Counted from the stretch's first letter, positions 9,659 through 21,352 are shown. The stretch is DNA of 64,000 bases from Bacteroidota bacterium (GCA_030706405.1 JAUZOO010000004.1:246765-310764), one strand, 5' to 3'. Translations and numbers: made by a program. Notes: generated by a model not told the origin, from the sequence alone.

Positions 9659-10120
9659 TTAAAGTTTTGTATAATCTATATCCGTTTTAACTATAATGGC
9701 CTCGGGGAAGAGCGATTCCAGCTGCATTTTCACCCGTAAAGCATCGGTACGTGTGCGAAAATCGCCCACATACACTTTCCAGTCCGGTTCTTCGTATTTT
9801 ACGTACGCTTCCAGTCCGGAATAGCTGTTTAAAAATTTCGATTTGGTATCAAAGGCCCGTTTTCGGGCATCCTGACTGCTTTTAGAAAATATCTTTACAC
9901 GAAAACCGGGCATAGATTTTTTCAGGGCATTTCGTTCGGCAACCTTATTCAAAAGATCGCCGATGCGTTCGTCCTGTATAATTTGGACTTTACCCTGCGA
10001 TTTTACCGGTTGTTCGAGTTGGCTAATGATAGCCGGCTGTTTTGCTGTGGACGTAGTTTGGGAGTGGGAATAAAGTGGAAGGCAAAACACCAGAATACTG
10101 ATCGTTATTAGACGCTTCAT
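9659..10120 (-). CDS. SPOR domain-containing protein (secreted)
   Basis: 153 aa. Signal peptide MKRLITISILVFCLPLYSHS. The C-terminus GFRVKIFS...AYVKYEEPDWKVYVGDF.TR.DA is SPOR-like. Confidence 0.7.
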   Translation of the reverse strand: MKRLITISILVFCLPLYSHSQTTSTAKQPAIISQLEQPVKSQGKVQIIQDERIGDLLNKVAERNALKKSMPGFRVKIFSKSSQDARKRAFDTKSKFLNSYSGLEAYVKYEEPDWKVYVGDFRTRTDALRVKMQLESLFPEAIIVKTDIDYTKL

Positions 10121-10214
10121 ACGTTAAGCTATTCTTCAGATTTCCGACGCAAAATTAATTAAAATATTTAATGATGCCGTAAGTAAATTGGATAACGGAA
10201 AGTTAATTTCGCAG

Positions 10215-10679
10215 TTATCGAACCAGCTTGTAGTCCTCAACTTTTACGGTTTTAGCATAGATAAACGATCGCACTTTAACTGTGCCGTTCATCCGTAAAT
10301 CGGTTTTGCTATTAAAAAAACGCATGGCCGATAGCAGCCCTCCGTTCAGATTGGTAAGCTCAACCGTAACATTCACGGGGTATTCCTTAGTCGATTTACC
10401 AGCAATCACTAAATCGTTTATTTGTTTTATCCGGCCAATTTCGGTCCCATTGGACGTCAGTTTCATATCGGCATTCTTAATTTTAAGCTTAAAGCTATTC
10501 GGATTTTCGATAGGTACTGTAACTTCAAGGTTTATGGCGTTATTTTCCATTCCCTTAAAAGAAACGTTCCGAACACTCCCTACTTTAAGACGTTCGATCT
10601 TGGAACATCCCGAAGTTGCTGCCAAAACAAGGGCAAGTATCAAAATAGTTGCAAATACGCTTATCGACCTAAATTTCAT
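10215..10679 (-). CDS. LEA_2 (NDR1/HIN1-like) family lipoprotein
   Basis: 154 aa. Has the lipobox LAATSGC and a beta-sandwich LEA14-like pattern (V.V.NPN.F.L.I...D..L..NG..IG). Confidence 0.6.
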   Translation of the reverse strand: MKFRSISVFATILILALVLAATSGCSKIERLKVGSVRNVSFKGMENNAINLEVTVPIENPNSFKLKIKNADMKLTSNGTEIGRIKQINDLVIAGKSTKEYPVNVTVELTNLNGGLLSAMRFFNSKTDLRMNGTVKVRSFIYAKTVKVEDYKLVR

Positions 10680-10865
10680 AAATTTACCGTTATAAGAAGG
10701 TTTAAATTCGAGGCAAAGAACGCAAAAAGTCTTTATAAAATTGCGCCTTGACAGGTTTTTATGATATCAATCAGGTTTAATTTTTTGGCAATGAAGCAGA
10801 AAAGCCCGAATTTCGAAATTTGTATAATGACCTCCTTAATTTAATCATCACAAAAAACTATACCA

Positions 10866-12908
10866 ATGAATGCCAGATTGTTGTTATTCGCACTATTCAT
10901 CGCTTGGACAAGTAATTTTATCCAGGCACAAATTCAAAATCCCATGAGCAACATCGATAATCAAACCCTTAAAAGCACTGTCAGTTCCCTGATATCAAAG
11001 TTTCCTCAGGCCAATGCAACCGACGTAACTAGCGGCGTTGAACAGGTTGCGCGTTTCTGGAATAACTCCGACGGAACTAAAGAAGAATTCGCCGCCTTTT
11101 GCCGCGAGAATTACCAGCCAGATGAAACTGCCAGAAAAGCGGTTCTTGAAAAAGTCTCGCGGAACATGGAAATCCTCAACGGTTACAACAACCTTATTTC
11201 ATTGGGTTTGAAAGAACCGCTGCACATGAACCGCGGGCCGGTTAGCAGCATCGACCAGATGTTTGGCGGGTACGAACCGGCGAGCCATGTGAGCGAAGAT
11301 TTCTTTAAAAACAAAATAGCTTTTTTCATACTGCTCAACTTTAAATTTTATTCGTTGTCCGAAAAGACAGCACAAGGCGCAACGTGGAGCCGCGAACAAT
11401 GGGCTATGGCACGTCTTGGCGAACTGTCGAAATCGCGCATCCCCGGCGAACTGTACCTAAAATTTGGCGATGTAAACACTCAGGCCGATTCGTACATCTC
11501 GGAATACAATATCTTCATGGGCAACCTCATAAACAACAAACAGGAGCATTTGTTTCCGGCAGATATGAAACTCATTTCTCACTGGGGGCTTCGTGACGAA
11601 CTGAAAGCCAACTACAACACGCCTAATGGCCTCGAAAAACAACGGATGATTTATACCGTGATGAACCGCATCATCAATCAGGATATTCCTTCGCAGGTAA
11701 TCAATTCCGGAAAATATAACTGGAATCCGTTATCCAACACAGTACTGGCCAATGGAACGGAAATTGCTGTTTCGCCGGAGCCGGACACCCGTTACGAATG
11801 GCTACTCAATAACTTCAAGGCTTTAAAAGCGATGGACGCATACAACCCGTTCTTCCCGACTTATATCCAGAGCAAGTTCGAAAGCGAGATGGAGATTCCG
11901 CAACAGGATATCGAAAAGCTTTTTATCGCGTTGGTAAGCTCGCCCGAAGTTAAGCAGGTGGCATCTGTCATCAAAAAACGATTAGGCCGCAAACTCGAGC
12001 CGTTCGACATCTGGTACGACGGATTTAAACCGCGCGGAGGCATCAACCAGGCTGAACTCGACCAGACTATTAGGATCAAATACCCCGACAGCAAAGCATT
12101 TGAAAAAGACATCCCCAATATATTAATGAAGCTGGGTTTTAAACCCGACAAAGCGGCCTATATCGCTTCCAAAATACAGGTGGATGCGGCTCGTGGTTCC
12201 GGACATGCATGGGGAGCTCAGATGAAAGGCGACAAAGCGCATCTGCGTACCCGAATCAGCGAATCGGGCATGGATTACAAAGGTTTTAATATTGCGATGC
12301 ACGAGCTGGGACATAATGTAGAACAAACCCTCACACTCTATGACATCGATCATTACCTGCTTAACGGCGTACCCAACACTGCCTTCACCGAAGCCTTGGC
12401 TTTCATCTTTCAGAAACGAGACCTTGACATCCTTGGTATAAAAGACAACAGCCCCGACAAATACGACATGATGGCGCTCGATATTTTCTGGTCAAATTAC
12501 GAAATCATGGGCGTTTCGCTGGTTGATATGAACGTATGGAAATGGCTCTACCAACACCCCGAAGCCAACAAGCACGAGTTAAAAGAAGCGGTTATTCAAA
12601 TAGCCAAAGACGTCTGGAACAAATATTATGCTGATGTATTTGGAATAAAAGACCAAGCTATACTGGCTGTTTATTCTCATATGATTGACAATCCGTTGTA
12701 TCTTTCAGCCTACCCTATTGGCTATCTCATCGATTTTCAAATTGAGAAACAAATTCAAGGCAAAGACTTTGCCAGCGAAATCATGAGAATCTACGGGAAA
12801 GGCCGAATTGTACCGCAATTATGGATGGAAGCCGCTACAGGTTCCGAAATATCCAACCAGTCCCTACTCGACGCTGTTGTTCTTGCACTAAAAAATTTAA
12901 AACAATAA
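10866..12908 (+). CDS. Secreted zinc metallopeptidase (HExxH, gluzincin-like); family not resolved
   Basis: 680 aa. Has the signal peptide MNARLLLFALFIAWTSNFIQAQ and a single HExxH motif in AMHELGHNVEQ. Confidence 0.55.
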   Translation: MNARLLLFALFIAWTSNFIQAQIQNPMSNIDNQTLKSTVSSLISKFPQANATDVTSGVEQVARFWNNSDGTKEEFAAFCRENYQPDETARKAVLEKVSRNMEILNGYNNLISLGLKEPLHMNRGPVSSIDQMFGGYEPASHVSEDFFKNKIAFFILLNFKFYSLSEKTAQGATWSREQWAMARLGELSKSRIPGELYLKFGDVNTQADSYISEYNIFMGNLINNKQEHLFPADMKLISHWGLRDELKANYNTPNGLEKQRMIYTVMNRIINQDIPSQVINSGKYNWNPLSNTVLANGTEIAVSPEPDTRYEWLLNNFKALKAMDAYNPFFPTYIQSKFESEMEIPQQDIEKLFIALVSSPEVKQVASVIKKRLGRKLEPFDIWYDGFKPRGGINQAELDQTIRIKYPDSKAFEKDIPNILMKLGFKPDKAAYIASKIQVDAARGSGHAWGAQMKGDKAHLRTRISESGMDYKGFNIAMHELGHNVEQTLTLYDIDHYLLNGVPNTAFTEALAFIFQKRDLDILGIKDNSPDKYDMMALDIFWSNYEIMGVSLVDMNVWKWLYQHPEANKHELKEAVIQIAKDVWNKYYADVFGIKDQAILAVYSHMIDNPLYLSAYPIGYLIDFQIEKQIQGKDFASEIMRIYGKGRIVPQLWMEAATGSEISNQSLLDAVVLALKNLKQ

Positions 12909-12971
12909 AAAAAGCGGCGCCTCAACAATTTGTTGGGGCCACCGCTCGTGCTATATAATGAAGCTTAGGGT

Positions 12972-13856
12972 CTATTGAGTTACAATCACCAGATATTTTG
13001 AGGCACTCCAGAACTTTTCCTGATTGGTGATTTTGAGTTTTTCAGTTACGCCTTTAGCGTTGGTCTGAAGTTCATAAGAATCCGCAGGATGAGTAGATAC
13101 AATCTGAATTTTCTTGCTGTTCAACGGAATTTCCGAAAGTTGGCGTATGTCGACTTTCGTGAATTTAGAATTATCAAAATTTTGTTTTACTTTTTGAGTG
13201 CTGCTGAACAATCCCCCGGCTTTGGTAATAATATTATCGAGCGTAAGCTGTTTTTTGGTACCAACTACGTAATAAGCCGTATTTAACGAGACTGTTTTTT
13301 CTTCAACGGTTGTCTGTAACTGAGCTTTTTCAGCCTTCAGGCTCGAGCGCTCGGTTTTTAGGGTGTCAACAGTGGCATTCAACGAAGCAACAGAGAAGTT
13401 GAGCTTGGCCAAATCTTGTTTCAATGCGGCAATTTCTGTATCTTTTTCAGCAATCTGGGTATTCAGCTGAGCTACCATCTTTTCGAACTCGGCAATCTTA
13501 ACCTTCGATTGCTTTAGCTGTTTGTTCAAACGGGCAATTTCGCTTTTATTCTTATTCATCAAATCGTTGATAAGTTTAATATCATCGTTGATGCGAGCAC
13601 GAACATCCGCGTTCATTTCCTTATTATTCGACGACTTTTCAGATATAATCGCTTCCTTTTGTTTGATTACCGTAAGGTTACTTTCTATCTGATTAAGCGA
13701 TTGAAGCATCTCGTTAATCGACGAATCTTTTACAGAAGTTTCTTTCATCAGCGATTGAACCTGGGTGTTTAACCGGGCAATCTCTTGCTTTTCTTTCTGA
13801 TTGCAACCAAACGTTGCAAAAACTAATAACAGGGCCAGATAATAAATTGATTTCAT
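12972..13856 (-). CDS. Coiled-coil lipoprotein, function unknown
   Basis: The start is moved to the ATG at 13856 (MKSIYYLALLLVFATFGCNQ, a lipobox). The central ~200 aa are heptad-like and K/E/Q/L-rich. The ORF-track N-terminal extension has no signal-peptide logic. Confidence 0.6.
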   Translation of the reverse strand: MKSIYYLALLLVFATFGCNQKEKQEIARLNTQVQSLMKETSVKDSSINEMLQSLNQIESNLTVIKQKEAIISEKSSNNKEMNADVRARINDDIKLINDLMNKNKSEIARLNKQLKQSKVKIAEFEKMVAQLNTQIAEKDTEIAALKQDLAKLNFSVASLNATVDTLKTERSSLKAEKAQLQTTVEEKTVSLNTAYYVVGTKKQLTLDNIITKAGGLFSSTQKVKQNFDNSKFTKVDIRQLSEIPLNSKKIQIVSTHPADSYELQTNAKGVTEKLKITNQEKFWSASKYLVIVTQ

Positions 13857-14031
13857 AATGTGTGTTTTTTTATTCGTTAATAACCCATTTTCATGCCATG
13901 CTAATAAATTACGCACAAGCAATTATTAACAAGTAAATTACGAAAAAAATACAAATTTATCACTATGAAATAATGTAGAAAAAATCCCCACAGCGCGAAT
14001 TTGTATTCCAACCCCACGGCCCTAAAAGAAG

Positions 14032-14055
14032 AAAGCCAGACGGATGCCTGGCTTT
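14032..14055 (-). terminator. Terminator after pnp
   Basis: Stem aaagccag/ctggcttt. On the minus strand it is followed by TTTCTTCTTTT. Confidence 0.6.
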
Positions 14056-14076
14056 CACATTATAATAACGTTAAAA

Positions 14077-16212
14077 TTATTCTTCTTTATGAGTTCTTTC
14101 CGGACGAGGAAGAAGCACTTTACGCGAAAGCTTCATCTTACCTGTCTTCTTGTCAACATCAAGCAGTTTAACTTCGATTTCGTCACCTTCTTTCAGAACA
14201 CCTTCAAGGGTTTGAATGTGTTTCCAGTCAACTTCCGAAATATGAAGAAGTCCGTCTTTGCCGGGAAGAATTTCGATGAAAGCACCAAAAGCAAGGATCG
14301 ACTTCACTTTACCTCTGTAAACTTTGCCAATTTCGGGCATTTCAACAATTGCATTGATACGGGCTAATGCTGCATCGATTGAATGTTTATTGTCTGCCGA
14401 AATATCGATTACGCCACGGTTATCTACTTCTTCGATAACAACGGTTGCTCCGGTAGTATTCTGAATTTCCTGGATAATCTTACCGCCGGTTCCAATTACG
14501 GCACCAATCATTTCCTTAGGAATGGTCAATTGGATGATGCGTGGAGCATGCGGTTTGAGGTCAGCATTCGGAGTTGCAATACATTCGGTAATCTTACCAA
14601 GGATGTGCATACGGCCTTTGCGGGCTTGTTCAAGGGCACTGGCAAGAATTTCATACGAAAGTCCGTCAACTTTGATGTCCATCTGGGTAGCAGTAATACC
14701 TTTTTCGGTACCTGTTACCTTAAAGTCCATATCGCCGAGGTGGTCTTCGTCTCCGAGAATATCTGAAAGAATTGCGTATTTACCAGTTTTAGAGTCAGAA
14801 ATTAACCCCATGGCAATACCCGAAACAGGAGCCTTAATTTTCACACCGGCATCCATCAGAGCAAGCGTTCCTGCACAAACAGTAGCCATCGACGACGAAC
14901 CGTTCGATTCAAGAATGTCAGATACTACGCGAATTGCATAAGGATTACCTTCGGTTGGGATCATCGGTTTCAAAGCGCGCAGAGCGAGGTTACCGTGTCC
15001 GATTTCGCGACGGCTGATACCTCTCGATGCTTTAGCTTCACCGGTTGAAAACGGAGGAAAATTATAGTGAAGGGTAAATTTTTCGCTTCCACGGAACAAC
15101 ACTTCGTCAACTTGTTTTTCGTCCATCTTGGTACCTAGGGTAACGGTAGTCAGCGACTGGGTTTCACCACGGGTAAACAAGGCAGAACCATGAGCAGCCG
15201 GCAAAAAGTCAACTTCGCAGGAAATAGGACGGATTTGGTCGGTTTTACGACCGTCGAGACGGATTCCCTCATCGAGAATCATATTACGCATCGCCTCTTT
15301 TTCAACATCGTGGTAGTAACGAGCTACTAATGCTTTTTTAGCTTCGCGTTCTTCTTCCGGAATTGTTTCGAGGTATTCATTTTTAATAGCTTCGAAAGCA
15401 TCGGTACGTTCGTGCTTGCCTTGTTGCGATTTGGCAACTGCATAAACTTTATCGTAAGTGGCAGCTTTAACGGCAGCGCGAAGATCTTCGTCATTAACTT
15501 CGTGGCAGTAAGTAGCTTTTTCAGTCTTACCAACCATTTCCATCAATTCAATTTGAGCCTGGCAGTGTTTTTTAATTTCGGCATGGGCAACTTTCAATGC
15601 TTCGAGCATTTCGGCTTCCGAAATTTCTTTCATTTCGCCTTCTACCATCATGATATTATCATAGGTAGCGGCAACCATCAAGTCTATATCCGCTTTTGCT
15701 AGTTCTTCAAAAGTAGGGTTAATAACAAACTGTCCGTCGATACGGGCAACCCTTACTTCGGAAATAGGTCCGTGGAACGGAACGTCAGAAACAGCCAAAG
15801 CAGCCGATGCGGCAAGACCGGCAAGAGCGTCGGGCATGACTTGTTTATCGGCAGAAATAAGGTTTACCGTAACAAAAGTTTCGGCATGATAATCGTCAGG
15901 AAAGAGGGGACGTAAAGCACGGTCAATCAGGCGAGCTACGAGAATTTCAGCATCTGAAGGCTTGGATTCGCGTTTCATAAAACCGCCGGGAAAACGACCT
16001 GCAGCGGCAAATTTTTCTTTATATTCAACCGAAAGAGGCATGAAATCGACGTCTGCTTTGGCATCTTTAGCGGTAACCACAGTTGCAAGCAACATGGTTT
16101 TTCCACATCTTAACACCACAGAACCGTTAGCTTGTTTTGCAAGCTTTCCGGTTTCAAGAACGATTGTCCTTCCGTCACCTAAATCAATAGATTTCTCAAA
16201 TACCTTAAACAT
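14077..16212 (-). CDS. pnp: Polyribonucleotide nucleotidyltransferase (PNPase)
   Basis: 711 aa. Has two RNase PH-like halves, the [12 protein letters not shown] motif, a KH domain ([10 protein letters not shown]) and a C-terminal S1 domain ([15 protein letters not shown]). Confidence 0.95.
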   Translation of the reverse strand: MFKVFEKSIDLGDGRTIVLETGKLAKQANGSVVLRCGKTMLLATVVTAKDAKADVDFMPLSVEYKEKFAAAGRFPGGFMKRESKPSDAEILVARLIDRALRPLFPDDYHAETFVTVNLISADKQVMPDALAGLAASAALAVSDVPFHGPISEVRVARIDGQFVINPTFEELAKADIDLMVAATYDNIMMVEGEMKEISEAEMLEALKVAHAEIKKHCQAQIELMEMVGKTEKATYCHEVNDEDLRAAVKAATYDKVYAVAKSQQGKHERTDAFEAIKNEYLETIPEEEREAKKALVARYYHDVEKEAMRNMILDEGIRLDGRKTDQIRPISCEVDFLPAAHGSALFTRGETQSLTTVTLGTKMDEKQVDEVLFRGSEKFTLHYNFPPFSTGEAKASRGISRREIGHGNLALRALKPMIPTEGNPYAIRVVSDILESNGSSSMATVCAGTLALMDAGVKIKAPVSGIAMGLISDSKTGKYAILSDILGDEDHLGDMDFKVTGTEKGITATQMDIKVDGLSYEILASALEQARKGRMHILGKITECIATPNADLKPHAPRIIQLTIPKEMIGAVIGTGGKIIQEIQNTTGATVVIEEVDNRGVIDISADNKHSIDAALARINAIVEMPEIGKVYRGKVKSILAFGAFIEILPGKDGLLHISEVDWKHIQTLEGVLKEGDEIEVKLLDVDKKTGKMKLSRKVLLPRPERTHKEE

Positions 16213-16257
16213 AATTCGTTATATTAGAATGGAATAAATATGACCTTATAGAATAAG

Positions 16258-16286
16258 AAAAAAGGCAATTAAAAATTGCCTTTTTT
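16258..16286 (-). terminator. rpsO terminator / pnp leader hairpin
   Basis: Stem ggcaatt/aattgcc flanked by an A6 run and a T6 run, lying between rpsO and pnp. Confidence 0.65.
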
Positions 16287-16300
16287 CTGTTAAATCTTTC

Positions 16301-16570
16301 TTATTTACGCAGATTCAACGCTTTAAGTATTTCGCGGTATCTTTCGATATCTTTGCTTTTAAGATAATCGAGCAATCTGCGGCGTTTTCCTACCAACTTT
16401 AAAAGAGCCAGCTGAGTGCTATAATCTTTTTTATTGCTGCGCAAGTGTTCGGTCAAATGAGTAATCCTGAAAGAAAACAAGGCAATTTGAGATTCAGGTG
16501 AGCCAGTGTTGGTATCAGTGCTACCGTACTGATTAAAAAGTTCTTTCTTCTTTTCTGCTGTTAAATACAT
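16301..16570 (-). CDS. rpsO: 30S ribosomal protein S15
   Basis: Start taken at the ATG at 16570 (MYLTAEKKKELF..., 89 aa, the typical S15 length). Carries the motif GSPESQIALFSFRITHLTEHL..NKKD. Confidence 0.93.
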   Translation of the reverse strand: MYLTAEKKKELFNQYGSTDTNTGSPESQIALFSFRITHLTEHLRSNKKDYSTQLALLKLVGKRRRLLDYLKSKDIERYREILKALNLRK

Positions 16571-16728
16571 CGTATCAATGTTTTGTTCGTTCACATTCTG
16601 TTTTAAGACTTGCAAAAGTAATCAGTTTTTTCAAATATTCAATAATGATATTTAAAAAATGTTATCGAATTAACTTATTGTCACTTACTTTATTTTAAAG
16701 AAAGCTAATCTGCTGAATCTCCAAAATT

Positions 16729-17997
16729 TCATTTTCTGCAGATTAGTTTTGAACCAATAGCACATTCAAGGCAACGCTTTTTTTCGCAATACTCGTTTTT
16801 CAACTGCAATAGAGCTTGCGAGTCGAAAGCATTCGATGCATTTACTCCTAGTTCAGCCCAGCCCGTTATTACCGAATTAGTCTCGGCGTCCAACGATTCG
16901 AGCAGTTGCATGGCCCTATCCTGAAATTGCGGCAAGCCGAGTTTTTTTGCATACACAAAATAAAACGGAATGACAGTATTTATTAGTATCGTACAGGCTG
17001 AATTTCGACCTAAGGATTTTGACTTAAGCTGCGATTCGTCCCCAAATGTATAATGCACTTTCCAATAGTCAGAAATATTGGCAGTTAGCATTTCAATTAA
17101 GGTTTCAGATTCCGCAGCATCTATTATACTGGAAAAAAACGACGGGTTTCGGTGCAGGAAGGCTGCAAATTGAGCCAGACGTATCGTTGGAAAATTGCCC
17201 GGACGAAGTCGTAAAAACTTCCAGAGATGCGTGTCGATTGGCGTAAGGTCATATTTTGCCCGTAAAAAGTTATATTCTGATTTTAGTTTCCGGTAATATT
17301 CATCATCGCTATAATCGTCGTGCAGAAACCCGGCTTGACCGAACAACAAAGCTTCGATTTGAGTTATGTCATGACTACATTTCTTTACTATAATATATGG
17401 AGTGACATTAGCCAAGGCTTCAAAAGGAAGGGAATTGACATGAAACCCAAAACTTCGGGCTATTTGCCGAAAAAAGATTTCCTCCCAGTCATTATTGGTC
17501 TTTTCTAACTGGTTAAGAATAGATGTTGTCCGCGATTCGAGACGTTCAATGCCCAGTTTGCTGAGCCATGAAGAAATGATAAACGGGTCTATAACTGCGA
17601 TTTGTCCTGCACAGGGTATCCACAACGGCTGGACCAGCAAGGAATTATAATTGTGCCAGTACGCGGAGTCAAAGGCTAATTCGATGGTTTGAAGTTTTCG
17701 GCCTTTGGAGGTATAGACCGAACCGTCGTTCTGTGCGGTAACGTGCAGGATAACATTGTCGAAAGCCGGATTTTTGTCGTGTCCGTGGAGGTTCCAATCA
17801 GTGGCTTTGCGGTGAATTTCGGCATTACCGGCCCAAACGGTTTCGCCTATCTTAATTTTGGTGTTGAAAAAATCTGGACCAGCATCAACATTCCGTTCGC
17901 CGGGATGTAAAACCTCAATTTTCTCTCCATCTGCAAAAAGTTCGTTGGGGTTATACAGTTTGTACTGCCACAAAAAAGAAAGAAAGTCCTCTGTCAT
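16729..17997 (-). CDS. DUF2851 family protein
   Basis: Start taken at the ATG at 17997 (MTEDFLSFLWQYKLY, a typical DUF2851 N-terminus); the track ORF begins at an upstream TTG. Has a C-terminal Cys cluster CEKKRCLECAIG. Confidence 0.75.
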   Translation of the reverse strand: MTEDFLSFLWQYKLYNPNELFADGEKIEVLHPGERNVDAGPDFFNTKIKIGETVWAGNAEIHRKATDWNLHGHDKNPAFDNVILHVTAQNDGSVYTSKGRKLQTIELAFDSAYWHNYNSLLVQPLWIPCAGQIAVIDPFIISSWLSKLGIERLESRTTSILNQLEKTNNDWEEIFFRQIARSFGFHVNSLPFEALANVTPYIIVKKCSHDITQIEALLFGQAGFLHDDYSDDEYYRKLKSEYNFLRAKYDLTPIDTHLWKFLRLRPGNFPTIRLAQFAAFLHRNPSFFSSIIDAAESETLIEMLTANISDYWKVHYTFGDESQLKSKSLGRNSACTILINTVIPFYFVYAKKLGLPQFQDRAMQLLESLDAETNSVITGWAELGVNASNAFDSQALLQLKNEYCEKKRCLECAIGSKLICRK

Positions 17998-18088
17998 CGG
18001 GGAAATTTTAAGTAAGGGGTTGCTAAACAAATATATAAAAAGTCCCCTAAACCCAAAACTTTATGACAGAAACAAATACGAACGGATA

Positions 18089-18925
18089 TTATTTTACCAC
18101 TTCATATTGAGCTAATAGTTCGCTCATTTCCTGTTGAACTTCGAGCGCTTTTTCGCGGGCTACTTCTGCAAATTTTTCCGTTTTATCGGCATAAATAATA
18201 GCGCGTGACGAGTTAACGATAAGTCCGCATTTAGCGTTGAAACCGTATTTAGCCACATCGGCAAGGCTTCCGCCCTGAGCGCCAACACCCGGAATTAACA
18301 AGAAATGTTCGGGAACAATCTTACGGACATTGGTTAGCATTTCGGCACGGGTAGCGCCAACTACATACATCAGGCTTTCGGAAGTGCCCCACTCCTGCGA
18401 TTTCTGCAAAACGTTTTCGAAAAGTTTAATGCCTTTTTCTTTATCAACAGTTTGTTGAAAATCGTCGGCACCGGCATTGGATGTTAAAGCGAGGATTATG
18501 ACCCATTTCCCGGGATAACCGAAGAACGGCGTTACCGAATCGGAGCCCATGTATGGCGAAACGGTGATGGAGTCGAAATTCATCTTTTCAAAAAATGTCT
18601 GAGCGTACATTTTCGAAGTATTGCCAATATCGCCACGTTTGGCATCGGCAATGATGAATATTTCGGGATATTTTTCGCGGATATAGTTGACTGTTTTTTC
18701 GAGCGTTATCCAGCCTTCAGCACCCTGAGTCTCGTAAAAAGCAAGGTTCGGTTTATAGGCAATGGTATAATCGGCAGTGGCATCGATAATTTGCCTGTTA
18801 AATTCGAATACCGGATTTTCGCAAGCCAAAAGATGTTGTGGAATCTTGGTTACATCGGTATCGAGGCCTACGCAAAGGAAACTGCGTTTTTTCTGTATCT
18901 GCTGGAATAATTGCTCTGAAGTCAT
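18089..18925 (-). CDS. pyrF: Orotidine 5'-phosphate decarboxylase (type 2)
   Basis: 278 aa. Motifs [20 protein letters not shown] and PGVGAQGG. Confidence 0.9.
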   Translation of the reverse strand: MTSEQLFQQIQKKRSFLCVGLDTDVTKIPQHLLACENPVFEFNRQIIDATADYTIAYKPNLAFYETQGAEGWITLEKTVNYIREKYPEIFIIADAKRGDIGNTSKMYAQTFFEKMNFDSITVSPYMGSDSVTPFFGYPGKWVIILALTSNAGADDFQQTVDKEKGIKLFENVLQKSQEWGTSESLMYVVGATRAEMLTNVRKIVPEHFLLIPGVGAQGGSLADVAKYGFNAKCGLIVNSSRAIIYADKTEKFAEVAREKALEVQQEMSELLAQYEVVK

Positions 18926-18943
18926 GGTAAATAATTTTCCGGA

Positions 18944-20029
18944 TTAAAGGTTGCTTTCTTTGAGGCGTTCGGCGTTTTCGGCCATCTGAAGTTTATCGAT
19001 AAACTCCTGGATATCGCCATCCATAATGGATGGAAGGTTATAAACCGTATGGTTGATACGGTGGTCGGTTACGCGGCCTTGCGGATAATTATAGGTACGG
19101 ATTTTTGCCGAACGGTCGCCGGTAGAAACAAGCGTTTTACGGTGCGACGCAATTTCGTCGATATATTTTTGATACTCGATGTTGTATAAACGGGTACGAA
19201 GTTCGACCAAGGCTTTTTCGAAGTTTTTAATCTGCGACTTTTCGTCCTGGCATTGTACCACAATTCCGGACGGGATGTGGGTAAGACGAATAGCCGAATA
19301 CGTAGTATTTACCGACTGTCCGCCAGGGCCTGATGAGCAGAAGGTATCTTTACGGATATCGTTCATGCTGAGTTCTACGTCAAACTCATCGGCTTCGGGA
19401 AGTGCGGCAACGGTAGCGGCCGAAGTATGGATACGTCCCTGGGTTTCGGTTTTGGGGACACGCTGTACACGGTGTACGCCCGACTCGTATTTTAAGGTGC
19501 CATAGACTTTATCGCCCGACACTTTCATGATAATTTCCTTGTAACCACCAACGGTACCTTCCGAAATACTGGTTACTTCAACCTTCCAGCCTTTATTTTC
19601 GCAATATTTGGTGTACATACGGTAGAGGTCGCCGGCGAAAATACTGGCTTCGTCACCACCGGTACCGGCACGGATTTCGAGAATGGTATTTTTATCGTCC
19701 TGAGGATCGGCAGGGAGCAACAGCAGTTTAATCTGTTCTTCGAGCGGCTCAACTTTGGAGGAAAGCTCTTCCACTTCCATCTTGGCCATGTCGCGCATTT
19801 CTTCGTCAGTCTCGTTTGCCATCATTTCACGGGCTTCATCGAGGTTGCTGATAACATTTTTGTATTCTTCCAAAGTCGCAATAATCGGCTCAAGGTCGCG
19901 ATATTCCTTGTTCAGCTTTACAAAACGTTTTACATCGGCAATAACTTCCGGGTCGGTAAGCTGCTGAGCAACTTCTTCGAAACGGATTTTCACGCCTTCG
20001 AGGCGTTCTAATATGGCATTGTTACTCAT
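18944..20029 (-). CDS. prfA: Peptide chain release factor 1
   Basis: 361 aa. Has the GGQ motif ([11 protein letters not shown]), a PxT-type recognition tripeptide ([13 protein letters not shown]), and needs no frameshift. Confidence 0.93.
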   Translation of the reverse strand: MSNNAILERLEGVKIRFEEVAQQLTDPEVIADVKRFVKLNKEYRDLEPIIATLEEYKNVISNLDEAREMMANETDEEMRDMAKMEVEELSSKVEPLEEQIKLLLLPADPQDDKNTILEIRAGTGGDEASIFAGDLYRMYTKYCENKGWKVEVTSISEGTVGGYKEIIMKVSGDKVYGTLKYESGVHRVQRVPKTETQGRIHTSAATVAALPEADEFDVELSMNDIRKDTFCSSGPGGQSVNTTYSAIRLTHIPSGIVVQCQDEKSQIKNFEKALVELRTRLYNIEYQKYIDEIASHRKTLVSTGDRSAKIRTYNYPQGRVTDHRINHTVYNLPSIMDGDIQEFIDKLQMAENAERLKESNL

Positions 20030-20090
20030 GCTGGTTTCCTCAGTATAAAATTTGGGAGTGCAAAATTAATAAATGAATCGACGATACCTA

Positions 20091-21260
20091 TTAATATACA
20101 AATTCGCCGAACTCACTCCGGATGGTAAGTTTTTTGTTTTCTGCAGCTTCACAGCGGCCTACTATCTGGGCGTCGATACCGAACGATTGGGAAATGGCAA
20201 TGACCTGTTCGGCTACTTCGGGCGATACATAAACTTCGTAACGGTGCCCCATGTTGAAGACTTTGTACATTTCGGCCCACGATGTACCCGATTGTTCGTG
20301 AATGATGCGGAACAACGGAGGTACAGGGAACAGGTTATCTTTAGTGATGTGAAGGTTATCAACAAAGTGCATCACCTTGGTTTGGGCGCCGCCCGAGCAA
20401 TGGACCATTCCGTGGATATGCGGACGCAACTCGGTCAACAGTTTTTTTACCACCGGGGCATAGGTGCGGGTTGGCGATAAAACCAACTTTCCGGCATCGA
20501 TACCAAGTTCTTCAATTTTATCGGTCAGACCGTAATTGCCCGAATAAACCAAGTCGGGAGCTATGGAGTTATCGAAACTTTCGGGATATTTTTTTGCCAG
20601 ATAATGGGCAAATACATCATGACGGGCAGAAGTCAACCCGTTGCTGCCCATGCCGCCATTGTATTCTTTTTCGTAAGATGCTTTTCCCGATGAGGCCAGG
20701 CCTACGATAATATCACCGGCTGCAATATGGTCGTTGGAAATGACATCGCTGCGTTTGATACGACAGGTGACGGTTGAGTCTACAATGATGGTACGGACAA
20801 GGTCGCCCACATCGGCAGTTTCGCCACCGGCCGAATAGATGTTCATGCCGTACGAGCGCAGTTCTTCGAGCAGTTCTTCGGTTCCGTTGATGATGGCCGC
20901 GATCACCTCGCCTGGCACTAGGTTTTTATTTCTACCAATTGTGGAAGATATCAAAATATTATCGACAGCGCCCACGCAAAGTAGGTCGTCGATGTTCATA
21001 ATCAGCGCATCCTGGGCAATGCCTCGCCACACGCTAAGGTCGCCGGTTTCCTTCCAGTACATATAGGCCAGCGACGACTTGGTCCCTGCCCCATCGGCAT
21101 GCATGATATTACAATACTCCGGGTCGTTAGCCAACACGTCGGGCAAAATTTTACAAAATGCTTTTGGGAACAGACCTTTATCGATATTCTTGATGGCGTT
21201 GTGGACATCTTCTTTAGACGCTGAAACGCCGCGCTGCATGTACCTGGAATCGTTGTTCAT
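20091..21260 (-). CDS. purM: Phosphoribosylformylglycinamidine cyclo-ligase (AIR synthase)
   Basis: 389 aa. Motifs MHADGAGTKS and AGGETADVG are typical of the PurM/AIRS family. Confidence 0.85.
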   Translation of the reverse strand: MNNDSRYMQRGVSASKEDVHNAIKNIDKGLFPKAFCKILPDVLANDPEYCNIMHADGAGTKSSLAYMYWKETGDLSVWRGIAQDALIMNIDDLLCVGAVDNILISSTIGRNKNLVPGEVIAAIINGTEELLEELRSYGMNIYSAGGETADVGDLVRTIIVDSTVTCRIKRSDVISNDHIAAGDIIVGLASSGKASYEKEYNGGMGSNGLTSARHDVFAHYLAKKYPESFDNSIAPDLVYSGNYGLTDKIEELGIDAGKLVLSPTRTYAPVVKKLLTELRPHIHGMVHCSGGAQTKVMHFVDNLHITKDNLFPVPPLFRIIHEQSGTSWAEMYKVFNMGHRYEVYVSPEVAEQVIAISQSFGIDAQIVGRCEAAENKKLTIRSEFGEFVY

Positions 21261-21311
21261 TGAAACTTTATAGGTTAACTGGCTGCAAAATTAGGAAATG
21301 TAGAAGGATAA

Positions 21312-21344
21312 AAAAAATCCCTCTCGGTTCGGAGAGGGATTTTT
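21312..21344 (-). terminator. Terminator after the OmpA-family gene
   Basis: Stem atccctct.../...agagggat flanked by an A8 run and a T5 run. Confidence 0.7.
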
Positions 21345-21352
21345 AATCCGGA

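Noticed and set aside
13857-13922. N-terminal extensions in the ORF track. Examples are 13857-13922, 16571-16615, 17998-18030, 30487-30516, 44407-44544, 52887-52898, 58094-58165 and 60370-60396.
   Set aside because: Downstream ATGs give canonical N-termini (signal peptides or lipoboxes, S15 length, the KdsB and DUF2851 consensus starts). Several of the extended ORFs begin at TTG or overlap the upstream gene.
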